Shown piece by piece: positions 16,748 to 25,700 of a stretch of 64,000 nt of DNA. The position numbers and the translations under genes were made by a program. This DNA comes from Bacteroidota bacterium. Lineage in GTDB: Bacteria > Bacteroidota > Bacteroidia > Chitinophagales > Chitinophagaceae. Every line of letters starts with the position of its first letter. Position 1 is the stretch's first letter. The stretch is taken from NCBI GenBank assembly GCA_023409975.1, contig JAEYQO010000104.1:1157-65156 (forward strand), in the 5' to 3' direction. The notes below the pieces were generated by a model. It had not been told where the DNA came from and ran no database searches. It saw only the letters and a list, made by a program, of their open reading frames with translations.

Positions 16748-17095
16748 ATGGAAACCACAATGGCAAGGCCCGAAGGCCTGAAAGTAGACGTGCAATCAAC
16801 CGGGATTAAAATGAATCCCTACATTCAGAAGAAAGTGGATGGCATGGTAAAAACACTGACACAGTTCGTTCCGCAGATCGAAAAAGTGGAGGTGCAGTTT
16901 CAGGAAATTGAAGGAAAGGTTCAGGACCAGCGTTCTGTAACCGTTAGACTGGATGTGCCAGGGTTCAGGATGGAATCTACTGACTCTGAGGTTCGCTGGA
17001 AGATCGCTATCCGAAATGTTGAGAAGAAGCTTCTGCGACAGTTGGAACGGCGAAAACAGGCCATCGAAAGGGAAACGGCTGAGCGTGCCCTTTAA
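16748..17095 (+). CDS. Ribosome hibernation factor-like protein (HPF/RaiA/YfiA family, short form)
   Basis: GLKVDVQSTGIKMNPYIQKKVDGMVKTLTQFVPQIEKVEVQF...VTVRLDVPGFRMESTDSEVRWKIAIRNVEKKLLRQLERRK follows the HPF pattern (i.i.g..i.it..lr.yv..k..kl..y......v.v.l....a.d.....ai......l.rql.k.k). The start is uncertain (ATG at 16676, 16748 or 16760). Confidence 0.55.
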   Translation: METTMARPEGLKVDVQSTGIKMNPYIQKKVDGMVKTLTQFVPQIEKVEVQFQEIEGKVQDQRSVTVRLDVPGFRMESTDSEVRWKIAIRNVEKKLLRQLERRKQAIERETAERAL

Positions 17096-17284
17096 TCTCA
17101 ACTCTTCAAATGTTAGCTAATAGTCGTCGGTCCGGTACGGGTGCAGCGATTGCCTTACTCGTGCCGGATCATACGACTATTTTCACTCGTTGTTTAAAAC
17201 GGGAAGACTGTCCGCAAAGTAACACTCAGTAATTTTTTTTAATTTTATTGTCCGCCCATTCTCTTCATTTAAAAAACCAGGCGG

Positions 17285-18910
17285 ATGTTAGGACGTCTTT
17301 ATCTTTTTGGCGCTGTCTGGCTACTGCTGGGCAGTTCTGACCTAAACGCTCAATCGCTGCAGTGGGCACATCATTTCGGCGGCCAGGAGTGGGATATCAG
17401 TTCGGCCATTGTCGTGGATGACAGCGGGTATGTTTACGCTACCGGAACTTTTAAGGGAACTGTGGATTTCGATCCGGGACCTTCTTCACAGATACTTACA
17501 GCGCAGGGAACGGCTGATGGTTTCGTCTGCAAGTTCAATCGACTCGGCGAGTTGGTTTGGGTTGGGCATCTGGAGGGCGACGGAGCGCAGGATTGCCATG
17601 CGCTTGCAACTGATCATCAGGGAAACATTTTGGTTGCAGGATTCTTTCTGGGACAGACTGATTTTGATCCGTCTGCCGGTACGCATCAACTGATCTCTTC
17701 ACCCGGAGGTGACGCTTTCATATGGAAGCTGAACGCTGCCGGTCAGCTCGTATGGGCCAAACAGTTTACAGGTACACTTGCCATTACAGCCTATGGTGTC
17801 GCTGTGGATGATTCTGGTGATGTTTATTCCACTGGCTTTTTCGACGGGACTGCAGACTTTGATCCTGGACCTGGGCAGGTGCTTCGGACGGTTGCCGGGT
17901 ATAGTGACGCTTTCGTAGCGAAGCTTGATGCGGATGGTAATCATCAATGGGTACAATTGTTTGCCGGTAATTATGGTGAGGTAGGGCATGCCATTGTGCT
18001 TGACCAGCAGGGAAATGTATTCACTACAGGTACTTTTTTCGGCACGGCGGATTTTGATCCGGGTCCCAATCTGTTCCAGTTACATGCTCCGGGTGACCAG
18101 GAGATCTTCCTTTGTAAACTGGACGCAAACGGTGAATTTCAGTGGGCACAGTCGCTGGGTGGAGATGTGGGAATGGCACTGCTTGTGGATGACTCTGCCA
18201 ACGTGTATACGACCGGTTACTTCGGCTGGGACGATATTCAAATATTCAAGTTTGATAATAATGGGTCGCTTCTCTGGACGAAGCAGATAGGTGCCTTTTT
18301 CGGAAACGACCTTGCGATGGGCAGTGATGGGAGCGTTTATATTGCAGGTCAGTTCTTTGATACCCGGGATTTTGATCCAGGTCCTGGTCAGGTGTTCCTC
18401 ACCGCCATTGGCAGTACGGATTCCTATATTCTGAAGCTTTCACCAGGTGGCGGTTTTGATTGGGTAATGCAATTTGGTGGTATGAATGAAGTGAAAGCCG
18501 TATCGCTGGCTATTGATGATCAGGAACAGTTGTATTTAGCAGGAACTTTCGACAGTACGGCTGACTTCGATCCTGGTCCGGGGAGCGTTCCATTAACCTC
18601 CAATGGCAGCTATGATATCTTCCTAACCAGATTGAGCGCAGTTCCGCAGACGGTGTTTCAACCTGAGAAGCAGCAGTCAGCAGTCGTGTATCCAAACCCG
18701 GTTTCCGGCAGATTATGGGTGCGTTTCCCTGTGGAACAGCAACAGGTTCAGATACGACTGATGAACCTGGAAGGCAAGACCTTGGAGGAGTGGACGAAAC
18801 GGAAGATTCAGGAGGCTGCATTCCCGGTAACGCAGCCATCAGGGATTTACCTGCTGGAAATTGTGACGGAAGAACACGCGCGAACCGTTCAGCGGGTGGT
18901 GGTTCCGTGA
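17285..18910 (+). CDS. SBBP (beta-propeller) repeat protein with T9SS type-A C-terminal domain
   Basis: About 8 repeats of G(T/S)(A/V)DFDPGPG...; signal peptide; C-terminal VVYPNPVSGRLWVRF...GIYLLEIVTEEHARTVQRVVVP. Confidence 0.8.
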   Translation: MLGRLYLFGAVWLLLGSSDLNAQSLQWAHHFGGQEWDISSAIVVDDSGYVYATGTFKGTVDFDPGPSSQILTAQGTADGFVCKFNRLGELVWVGHLEGDGAQDCHALATDHQGNILVAGFFLGQTDFDPSAGTHQLISSPGGDAFIWKLNAAGQLVWAKQFTGTLAITAYGVAVDDSGDVYSTGFFDGTADFDPGPGQVLRTVAGYSDAFVAKLDADGNHQWVQLFAGNYGEVGHAIVLDQQGNVFTTGTFFGTADFDPGPNLFQLHAPGDQEIFLCKLDANGEFQWAQSLGGDVGMALLVDDSANVYTTGYFGWDDIQIFKFDNNGSLLWTKQIGAFFGNDLAMGSDGSVYIAGQFFDTRDFDPGPGQVFLTAIGSTDSYILKLSPGGGFDWVMQFGGMNEVKAVSLAIDDQEQLYLAGTFDSTADFDPGPGSVPLTSNGSYDIFLTRLSAVPQTVFQPEKQQSAVVYPNPVSGRLWVRFPVEQQQVQIRLMNLEGKTLEEWTKRKIQEAAFPVTQPSGIYLLEIVTEEHARTVQRVVVP

Positions 18911-18976
18911 GGTTTACGGTTGAGATACTTGATTCCTGAAAAAGTATAATATACTTTTGGATTCAAATCTCAGTTT

Positions 18977-19384
18977 ATGCCAGCCATTCTAAGAAATATT
19001 CTCGCTGTTATCGTCGGTTCCGTAATAGGAAGTGTCGTCAACATGGGTATTATCATGTTGAGTGGCTCGGTGATCCCTCCGCCTGAAGGTGCTGATCTTA
19101 CAACTCCTGAGGGCCTGAAAGCCTCGATGAATCTGATGGAACCCAGGCATTTCATCTTTCCCTTTCTGGCGCATGCCCTCGGTACCTTTGTAGGAGCTTA
19201 CATAGCAGCCAGAATTGCTGCGAACAGAAAAATGACAATGGCCATGATCGTAGGCGTACTATTTCTGATCGGTGGTATTGCCAACGTTCTGATGCTGCCT
19301 TCACCAATGTGGTTCACAGTGCTGGATCTGGTAGTTGCTTATCTGCCCATGGCGTGGTTGGGAGGAAAGCTGGCCAAAGGCTAG
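18977..19384 (+). CDS. Small integral membrane protein (about 4 TM)
   Basis: ATG start; four hydrophobic stretches (ILAVIVGSVIGSVV.., FPFLAHALGTFVGAYIAA, MAMIVGVLFLIGGIANVL, WFTVLDLVVAYLPMAWL). No family recognised. Confidence 0.55.
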   Translation: MPAILRNILAVIVGSVIGSVVNMGIIMLSGSVIPPPEGADLTTPEGLKASMNLMEPRHFIFPFLAHALGTFVGAYIAARIAANRKMTMAMIVGVLFLIGGIANVLMLPSPMWFTVLDLVVAYLPMAWLGGKLAKG

Positions 19385-19443
19385 TGCCTCTGGCCAGTTG
19401 AGCGGTAAAAATTAAGCGGTCGGAAAACAAAGACTCAGGAGAT

Positions 19444-20340
19444 CTACTGCTCACTTGTCAGCCATTCGAGTATATTCAATAGTAAAGGCAGATTATTTGG
19501 TGCAAAGTCGGCGTTCATACCCACCTTCACCTTGCCTGCAACCTGGGCAGTGAACATGGCTGCTTCACCCGATACTACCACTTTCCCTTTACCGAATCTG
19601 CTATAAGCCAGTTGGCTGAGTCCGGCTGCTGGTTGCATCTTCATCTGGTCGTTAAACTGCCAGGCCACTTCCGGCATCAGAACCCAGTAATTTGAATCCA
19701 GTGTGAGAACTGCGGTCGCATCATCAGGGATCTGGAATGCCTGTCCTGTGAAAGAAACAATGCTGTCAATACCTTCCGTTAGGGAATTCGATTGCAGCAT
19801 CTGATTGTTTCTGCTGAACAGGTCGTAGTTTTTCCTGGGCCTCCTCATGGCAAATCCGTCGTAGAATTCATAGCCGAAGGCAGCTGCGAGGTTGCTGGCA
19901 GCACCGGGGAAAGGCATATGATCGGCAATGAGGAAAAGCCGACCCCCGTCAGACACCCAGTCTTTGATGACAGCAACTTCCTCATCGGAAAAGGCAGGAT
20001 GAACTGGTTGTTCCCAGGCCTCGATATTCTCTTCATGGAGCGCATTGGCAATGACCAGAATCTTTGCGTCTTTCAATTGGTCCTTTTCAAATTTGCGACT
20101 GATGGATTTAACCTGAAACCCACTTGCTACGGCCACCTTTCCGAATGGAGCGAAACGTTCTTCCAGTGTGTGGAAATTATGGTGGCCTGCGTCAATAAGC
20201 ATCACCGGACCCTGGCCTTTCGGGAACAACGGCTGTTTCAGCCCCGGATCAAAATCTTTATCTGGTCTTTGTTGTGCGCAGCCTGTAAGGGGTATCCAGG
20301 TGGCGGCTGCAGCCAGGATCAAACTAATGAGTTGTTTCAT
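19444..20340 (-). CDS. Hypothetical lipoprotein
   Basis: Lipobox MKQLISLILAAAATWIPLTGC; ILVIANA and LFLIADHMPFPGAA strands hint at a flavodoxin/GATase1-like fold. The family is uncertain. Confidence 0.55.
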   Translation of the reverse strand: MKQLISLILAAAATWIPLTGCAQQRPDKDFDPGLKQPLFPKGQGPVMLIDAGHHNFHTLEERFAPFGKVAVASGFQVKSISRKFEKDQLKDAKILVIANALHEENIEAWEQPVHPAFSDEEVAVIKDWVSDGGRLFLIADHMPFPGAASNLAAAFGYEFYDGFAMRRPRKNYDLFSRNNQMLQSNSLTEGIDSIVSFTGQAFQIPDDATAVLTLDSNYWVLMPEVAWQFNDQMKMQPAAGLSQLAYSRFGKGKVVVSGEAAMFTAQVAGKVKVGMNADFAPNNLPLLLNILEWLTSEQ

Positions 20341-20959
20341 GACTGGTGGTTTTTACAAAGCCATTCTTATACATCTGGTAGAAAAACAAGGGGAGAAACA
20401 GGAAATTGAGCAGGATGGTTCCCAAACCATAGATCACATTGGCGCCCGGCATATGAAAGGTCTTAAACATGAAGCCGATAGCTATAAGAGCAAGGGAGGT
20501 TACACCCGCAAAGGTTCGTAACCAGAAGCTGGAGGGCTGATCGCGCAGGAACCGGGTAGCATGGATGGCTGTCAGGATCATAGTGATCAACAGCATAGCA
20601 AAGCCCAGGAACAGGAGTATGGGCGCAGGGAACCAATGCAGTGTTTTAAACATGATACCTGTGGAGATCAGGAAGGCTGAAGTGAAGCCTGTAAAGAACA
20701 ATAGCTTTTTCATCTGTAGCTGTTTTTTATAGTTAACAAAAAGGAAGTGCTCGAATTCTAATTCTTTGAATCCGCCGGGTGCGATCTCATGAAGTGCCTG
20801 CGCCCAGGCGGTTTCTATTGTAGTGCCGTTTTCTATCTGCTCCTCTATGAAGCAACAGAAGTGATCCAGCAGCTCCGGTTTAAGCGTCTGTTTCCGGAGC
20901 CCCTGTTGGTGTAGCTGTGCAGCCACCCAGTCGACCTGTTGTTCATTGAGCTGGTACAT
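20324..20959 (-). CDS. PadR-associated membrane protein
   Basis: Soluble N-terminal domain followed by 4 TM segments with repeated MFKT(L/F)H(W/M)PGA-like motifs. It overlaps the PadR stop by 17 nt and the downstream lipoprotein start by 17 nt. Confidence 0.6.
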   Translation of the reverse strand: MYQLNEQQVDWVAAQLHQQGLRKQTLKPELLDHFCCFIEEQIENGTTIETAWAQALHEIAPGGFKELEFEHFLFVNYKKQLQMKKLLFFTGFTSAFLISTGIMFKTLHWFPAPILLFLGFAMLLITMILTAIHATRFLRDQPSSFWLRTFAGVTSLALIAIGFMFKTFHMPGANVIYGLGTILLNFLFLPLFFYQMYKNGFVKTTSHETTH

Positions 20960-21293
20960 AGCTGCCTGGAAAAGGTAGAATCAGTTCTTCAATTGTTTTA
21001 AGAAAACCTCTGAGCTCCTCTACATGCATTTTTGTAGCCTTCTTTCCGGGAGCTGTAAGCTTGTAATACTTCCGGACTCTCTTTCCGATAAAAACTTCTT
21101 CAGAAGTCACAAGTCCCTCAGCTTCCAGTCTGTGGAGGGCGGGGTATAGCGACCCTTCCTTCAGAAGAATCTTTTCTTTTGAACGCTCCTTCACGAGCTG
21201 TGTAATCTCATACCCATAGAGTCTTTTGTGCTCGGTGAGCAGACAGAGGATCAGCGTGCTCAGGGTACCTTTCAATAATTCCGTGTTATTCAT
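20943..21293 (-). CDS. PadR-family transcriptional regulator
   Basis: LKGTLSTLILCLLTEHKRLYGYEITQLVKERSKEKILLKEGSLYPALHRLEAEGLV (winged-helix PadR signature). Confidence 0.85.
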   Translation of the reverse strand: MNNTELLKGTLSTLILCLLTEHKRLYGYEITQLVKERSKEKILLKEGSLYPALHRLEAEGLVTSEEVFIGKRVRKYYKLTAPGKKATKMHVEELRGFLKTIEELILPFPGSYVPAQ

Positions 21294-21433
21294 GTCTCAT
21301 GTTCCTATACATCGCAAAGCTAGGTATGCTGTTTGAATTATGCAAATTATCCTATAAAGAATCTTTGTTTCAATGTTTCGGGATAGGAAAGGCGTACTTA
21401 CCAGTGGCTTAAATTTGTTATCTCACTTCGTTT

Positions 21434-22312
21434 ATGGCTCAGGAGCACCATCATGTACAACATCATCAGGGGTCAGGAAACCTGCGGATGGCATTTTTCC
21501 TAAACCTGGTATTTGCGATCATTGAGCTTCTCGGGGGGCTGATCACTAATAGTGTTGCCATTCTTTCAGACGCTGTTCACGATCTTGGAGATAGCATTAC
21601 ACTAGGGATTTCCTGGTACCTGCAGAAGAAGTCGCGTCAGCCCGGGAATTCAACCTACACCTACGGTTATCAGCGTTTTTCCTTGCTGGGTGCTCTCGTC
21701 AATGCTCTTGTTCTGATGATCGGCTCCCTGTTTGTTATCGCAGAGGCTATAGAACGACTACGGTCTCCGGAACAGGCAGATGCAGGGGGGATGGTGTTAT
21801 TGGCACTGCTGGGTATTGTCTTTAATGGCCTGGCATTACTCAGGCTTCGGAAAGGTTCTAGTTTGAACGAGCGAGTAGTTTCTCTGCATTTTATAGAGGA
21901 TGTACTGGGCTGGGTTGCTGTCCTGATCGGTGCAGTAGTGATGTTGTTCTGGGACGTGCCGGTACTGGATCCACTTTTGTCGCTCGCAATAGCAGCGTAC
22001 ATTTTGTTCAATGTCTACAGGAATCTGCTTCCTGTACTCCGGGTGATCCTGCAAGGTGTGCCCAGTCATTCGCAGCAGGAGAAGATCAGGGAACTGATCG
22101 TTAGTCACCCTGAGGTGAAAAGTATTCATGACTTCCGGCTTTGGTCTCTGGACGGAGAAGAATGTGTCCTGTCGTTTCATCTGGTGCTTAAAGACGAGAT
22201 GAATCTGAAGCAGGCGGAATTCCTGAAAGAGTCGATCAAGGTGGAGTTACGTGCGCTGAAGGTAGCCCATGCCACTATCGAGATCGAGTATAAGCCGGAA
22301 CACGCCGGATAG
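21434..22312 (+). CDS. Cation diffusion facilitator (CzcD/ZitB-type) metal efflux transporter
   Basis: His-rich N-terminus (MAQEHHHVQHHQG), LAILSDAVHDLGDS (TM2 HD motif), six TM segments, C-terminal cytoplasmic domain VKSIHDFRLWSL. Confidence 0.85.
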   Translation: MAQEHHHVQHHQGSGNLRMAFFLNLVFAIIELLGGLITNSVAILSDAVHDLGDSITLGISWYLQKKSRQPGNSTYTYGYQRFSLLGALVNALVLMIGSLFVIAEAIERLRSPEQADAGGMVLLALLGIVFNGLALLRLRKGSSLNERVVSLHFIEDVLGWVAVLIGAVVMLFWDVPVLDPLLSLAIAAYILFNVYRNLLPVLRVILQGVPSHSQQEKIRELIVSHPEVKSIHDFRLWSLDGEECVLSFHLVLKDEMNLKQAEFLKESIKVELRALKVAHATIEIEYKPEHAG

Positions 22313-22314
22313 GA

Positions 22315-22770
22315 TCAGGATTTGAGATGTCCATTCAATCTGTCCAGTTCTCCATTCCTGCAGTGACTCACGACTGCTGAAAGGACTTCTATAAGCAGTT
22401 TATACTCTGATGGTTTTGTAATAAAACTGATGGCGCCAAGGTCAGAGGCAATTTCCCGGTCTCGGTCATGCGACGAAGTGGAGTACATAATAACGGGAAT
22501 ATCCCGGTGCTCCTGAGTCTTCTTGAGTTGTGTCAGGCATTGCCAGCCACTCATTCCCGGGAGATTTATGTCCAGAAAGATCAGATCAGGTTTTAGCCCG
22601 CCATTCCCTCCAAGTCTGTTTAAGGCATCCTCGGCGTTTTCTGCAAACTCGCAACTGATTTGACTGTCAACACTTGCGAGTGCTTCTGAAAATAATTCGC
22701 GGTCATCTGCATCATCGTCTACTACTAAGAAACTATTTTTCATGGGGTCTTGTTGGTTAGATTCTGGCAT
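22315..22770 (-). CDS. Single-domain response regulator (receiver only, Rcp1-like)
   Basis: FLVVDDDADDRELFSEAL...PDLIFLDINLPGMSGWQCL...IPVIMYSTSS...ISFITKP. The start is ATG 22770 (14-nt overlap with the kinase stop) or ATG 22743. Confidence 0.85.
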   Translation of the reverse strand: MPESNQQDPMKNSFLVVDDDADDRELFSEALASVDSQISCEFAENAEDALNRLGGNGGLKPDLIFLDINLPGMSGWQCLTQLKKTQEHRDIPVIMYSTSSHDRDREIASDLGAISFITKPSEYKLLIEVLSAVVSHCRNGELDRLNGHLKS

Positions 22771-25700
22771 TTTCTTGTTTCATAGGTAACAGGATCGTGA
22801 ATGTTGCACCCTGTTCTCTTTCGCCTTTTGCACTGATCTGTCCTCTGTGACGTTCCACGATCTTTTTGCAAAGAGCCAGTCCGAGCCCTGTACCTTCAAA
22901 ACGGTCTTTGGAGTGCAGACGCGTAAAGGTATTAAAGATCTTTTCAGCATACTCCTGTTGGAAGCCGATACCATTATCTTCAATGGTAATTGCGGCATAA
23001 CGCCCGGAAACATCCTCGACTTCTTTTGAAGAAATGGTGATTACAGGGTGGGTATCTTCTTTGGCGAACTTGAGAGAGTTGTTTACGAGGTTGTAGAAAA
23101 GCTGATAGATCAACAAGGACGCGCCTGGCACGGCTGGTAGTCTGCCTCTTTTTATCTGCGCGTTTTTCTGGTTTATCGGAATTTCCAGGTCAGCTTCCAC
23201 ATGATCGATCACCTCATTGAGGTCCACGTCACTGATCGGCTGTTTTTCAGCATCAGCCTTTGAGTAATTCAATACACCGTCAATCATCGCAATCATCCTG
23301 TCTGTAGCGTTCTGGACTTTGTTGATAAAGGTTTTACCTTTTTCCGGAAGCATTTCAGCGAACTCGTCCTCCAGCCGGAGCGTAAACGTTTTGATCTTGC
23401 GTACCGGTTCTTTCAGATCGTGACTGGCGACGTGGGCAAACTGCTGGAGATCCTGGTTTGATCGCTGCAGTTCCTGGGTTCTTTCTGTTACCAGCATCTC
23501 CAGTTTTTCCTGGAAGGTTTTCTGATCATCGATATCTGTACTGGTGCCCACCCAACGCACCACATTACCATTGGAGTCGTTGAGTGGGTGTACCCTTGTG
23601 AGAAACCAACGGTATTCACCATCGTGTCTCCGCATCTGGAAAGTAAATTCAAATGGCTCCTCGGAACGCAGGCCTTCTGTGGTAAGTGCCATTACAGCAT
23701 CCTGTTCTTCAGGGTGGTAACAAGAGCGCCAGCCCCAGCCTTCCATTTCCGAAGCGGGTGCCCCTGTATACTCAAACCAACGGTTATTGTACCAGTAGAC
23801 CCATCCATCAGACCTGGCCATCCAGGTGAGGTTCTGAATGCTGTCTGCGAGCGTCCGGAATTGTTCCTCGCTTTGCTTGAGTGCTTCTTCAGCCAGTTTC
23901 CTTTCGTGAATATCGAAGCCAACACCTACATGGCCAATGAAGCCGCCATTTGGCAGAAACCGGGGGCTTCCTTTGAAAGTATGCCAGCGGTATTCGCCAT
24001 CATGCCTTTTGAGCCGCACTTCGGGGATTGTATAGGCCTCTTTATTACGGAAACCCTCAGTGTATTTTTCAAAAACCAGGTGCAGGTCGTCGGGATGAAT
24101 AAACCCGTTCCATGCACGTTCCAGTGCTTCGTCATAATTCTGACCCGTATAATCCAGCCAGGTTTTATTGAAGTAGCTCATCGTAGCCTGCTCGTTCGGC
24201 TCTACTATGTAAATGATCATAGGAGTCTGGTCCGCCAGCATACGGAAGCGCTTCTCACTTTCCATGAGCGCTTTTTCCGCTTTTTGCTTTTCCAGAACAT
24301 CCTGATACCATTCAATAACGATACCCGCTGAACGGGAAAGAAGATTGACCACATCCTTGTCTTCCTCACTTGGAGTATGGATCTCAGGATAGTAGAAAGC
24401 GAAAGTGCCCAGCACCTTTCCTCTCGAAGAAAAGATCGGCGTTGACCAGCAGGCCCGGAGCCCATGTGTCAGTGCCAGGTCTTTGAAATTATGCCATCGT
24501 GGATCATTCGCGATATCGGCGACTACAACCTCCTTCTGTAAGAATGCGGCGGTACCGCAGGATCCAACCTGCTCACCGATGGAAATACCATGAATAGCTG
24601 CATTATACGCTTCCGGCAGGCTCGGGGCAGCGCCGTGAAGCAGCCGCTGACCTTCTTCGTCCAACAGGAGCAGAGAGGCTGATAGTGGGAAAGATGCATT
24701 AGTTTCTGCCGCTCTTACCAGGGTCTCCAATACAGCCGGAAGCGGCTCTGCATGAACAGCCTGTTCGAAAGCTTCCTTTTGCCCTTTCAGGATTGATTCT
24801 ATGCGCTTCCTTTCGGTGATGTCCTGCATGGAACCGAGCATCCGGGTGGCTTTACCGGAAGCGTCTCTGATAACATACCCGCGGTCGAGAACAGACTTAT
24901 AACTACCCTGCGATGTGCGGAAACGGTATTCATCAATCCAGAAGCTATCGCCCTTGTCAATGATTTCATGAATGCCATTGACAACACGATCCTGATCGTC
25001 CGGATGTATGCCGTTATACCAGGATGCGACGGTAGGGTCGATTTCGTAATCCTCAAATCCGAACAAGGTTTTGAAGCCTTCATTCCACCATAGGGAATTT
25101 GTTTGCAGTTCCCAATCCCAAACAGCGTCCTGGGTCGCTTTCGTTACCAGACGGAATCGCTCATCGCTCTCCACGAGCTGTTGCTTTGCTTTCACCTGTT
25201 GGGTCACATCATTGGCAATGACTAACACTCCGCTGATCTGACCATCCATTTCACGGTAGGGCTGATAAATGAAGTTGAAATAAACGGTTTCCTTTGTACC
25301 GTCCTGGCGATGGAAGGTAGCGGGCGTTTCTGTTCCTTTAATAATCTTATCGTTGAAATAGACATCCTGCAGCAGGTCCAGGAAACCCTGTTCTTTAGCC
25401 TCCGGTAGAATATCAAGGAATTTCTTTCCGATTGCCGAACTGTCGACCTGCCAGACATTGAAGAGTGGCTGGTTGGCTACTTCTAAGACCATGTCCGGTC
25501 CTTTAAGAATCAGTATTGGATCAGGAGCCTGCTCGAGAACACTTCTGAAGAGATTTTCGCTGAGCTCAATTCTCTTTCTGGCCTGCACGGTTTCGGTTAC
25601 GTCAATGGAAAAGTTCAGCACACCCTGGACTTCCCCGCGCAGGTTGTGCCAGGGTTTATAGGCTACATTGAAGAATCGTTCCCGGAGTACGCCGCTTTCA

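Noticed and set aside
19792-20409. 205-aa plus-strand ORF.
   Set aside because: It is antisense to the lipoprotein gene and crosses a gene boundary.
21294-21433. Possible PadR operator palindromes in the PadR/CDF divergent region (tcctat ... atagga).
   Set aside because: It is only a 6-bp inverted match, which is not distinguishable from chance.
23588-24331. 247-aa plus-strand ORF, and other ORFs inside 22757-28222.
   Set aside because: They are antisense to the 1821-aa kinase ORF and show no motifs.
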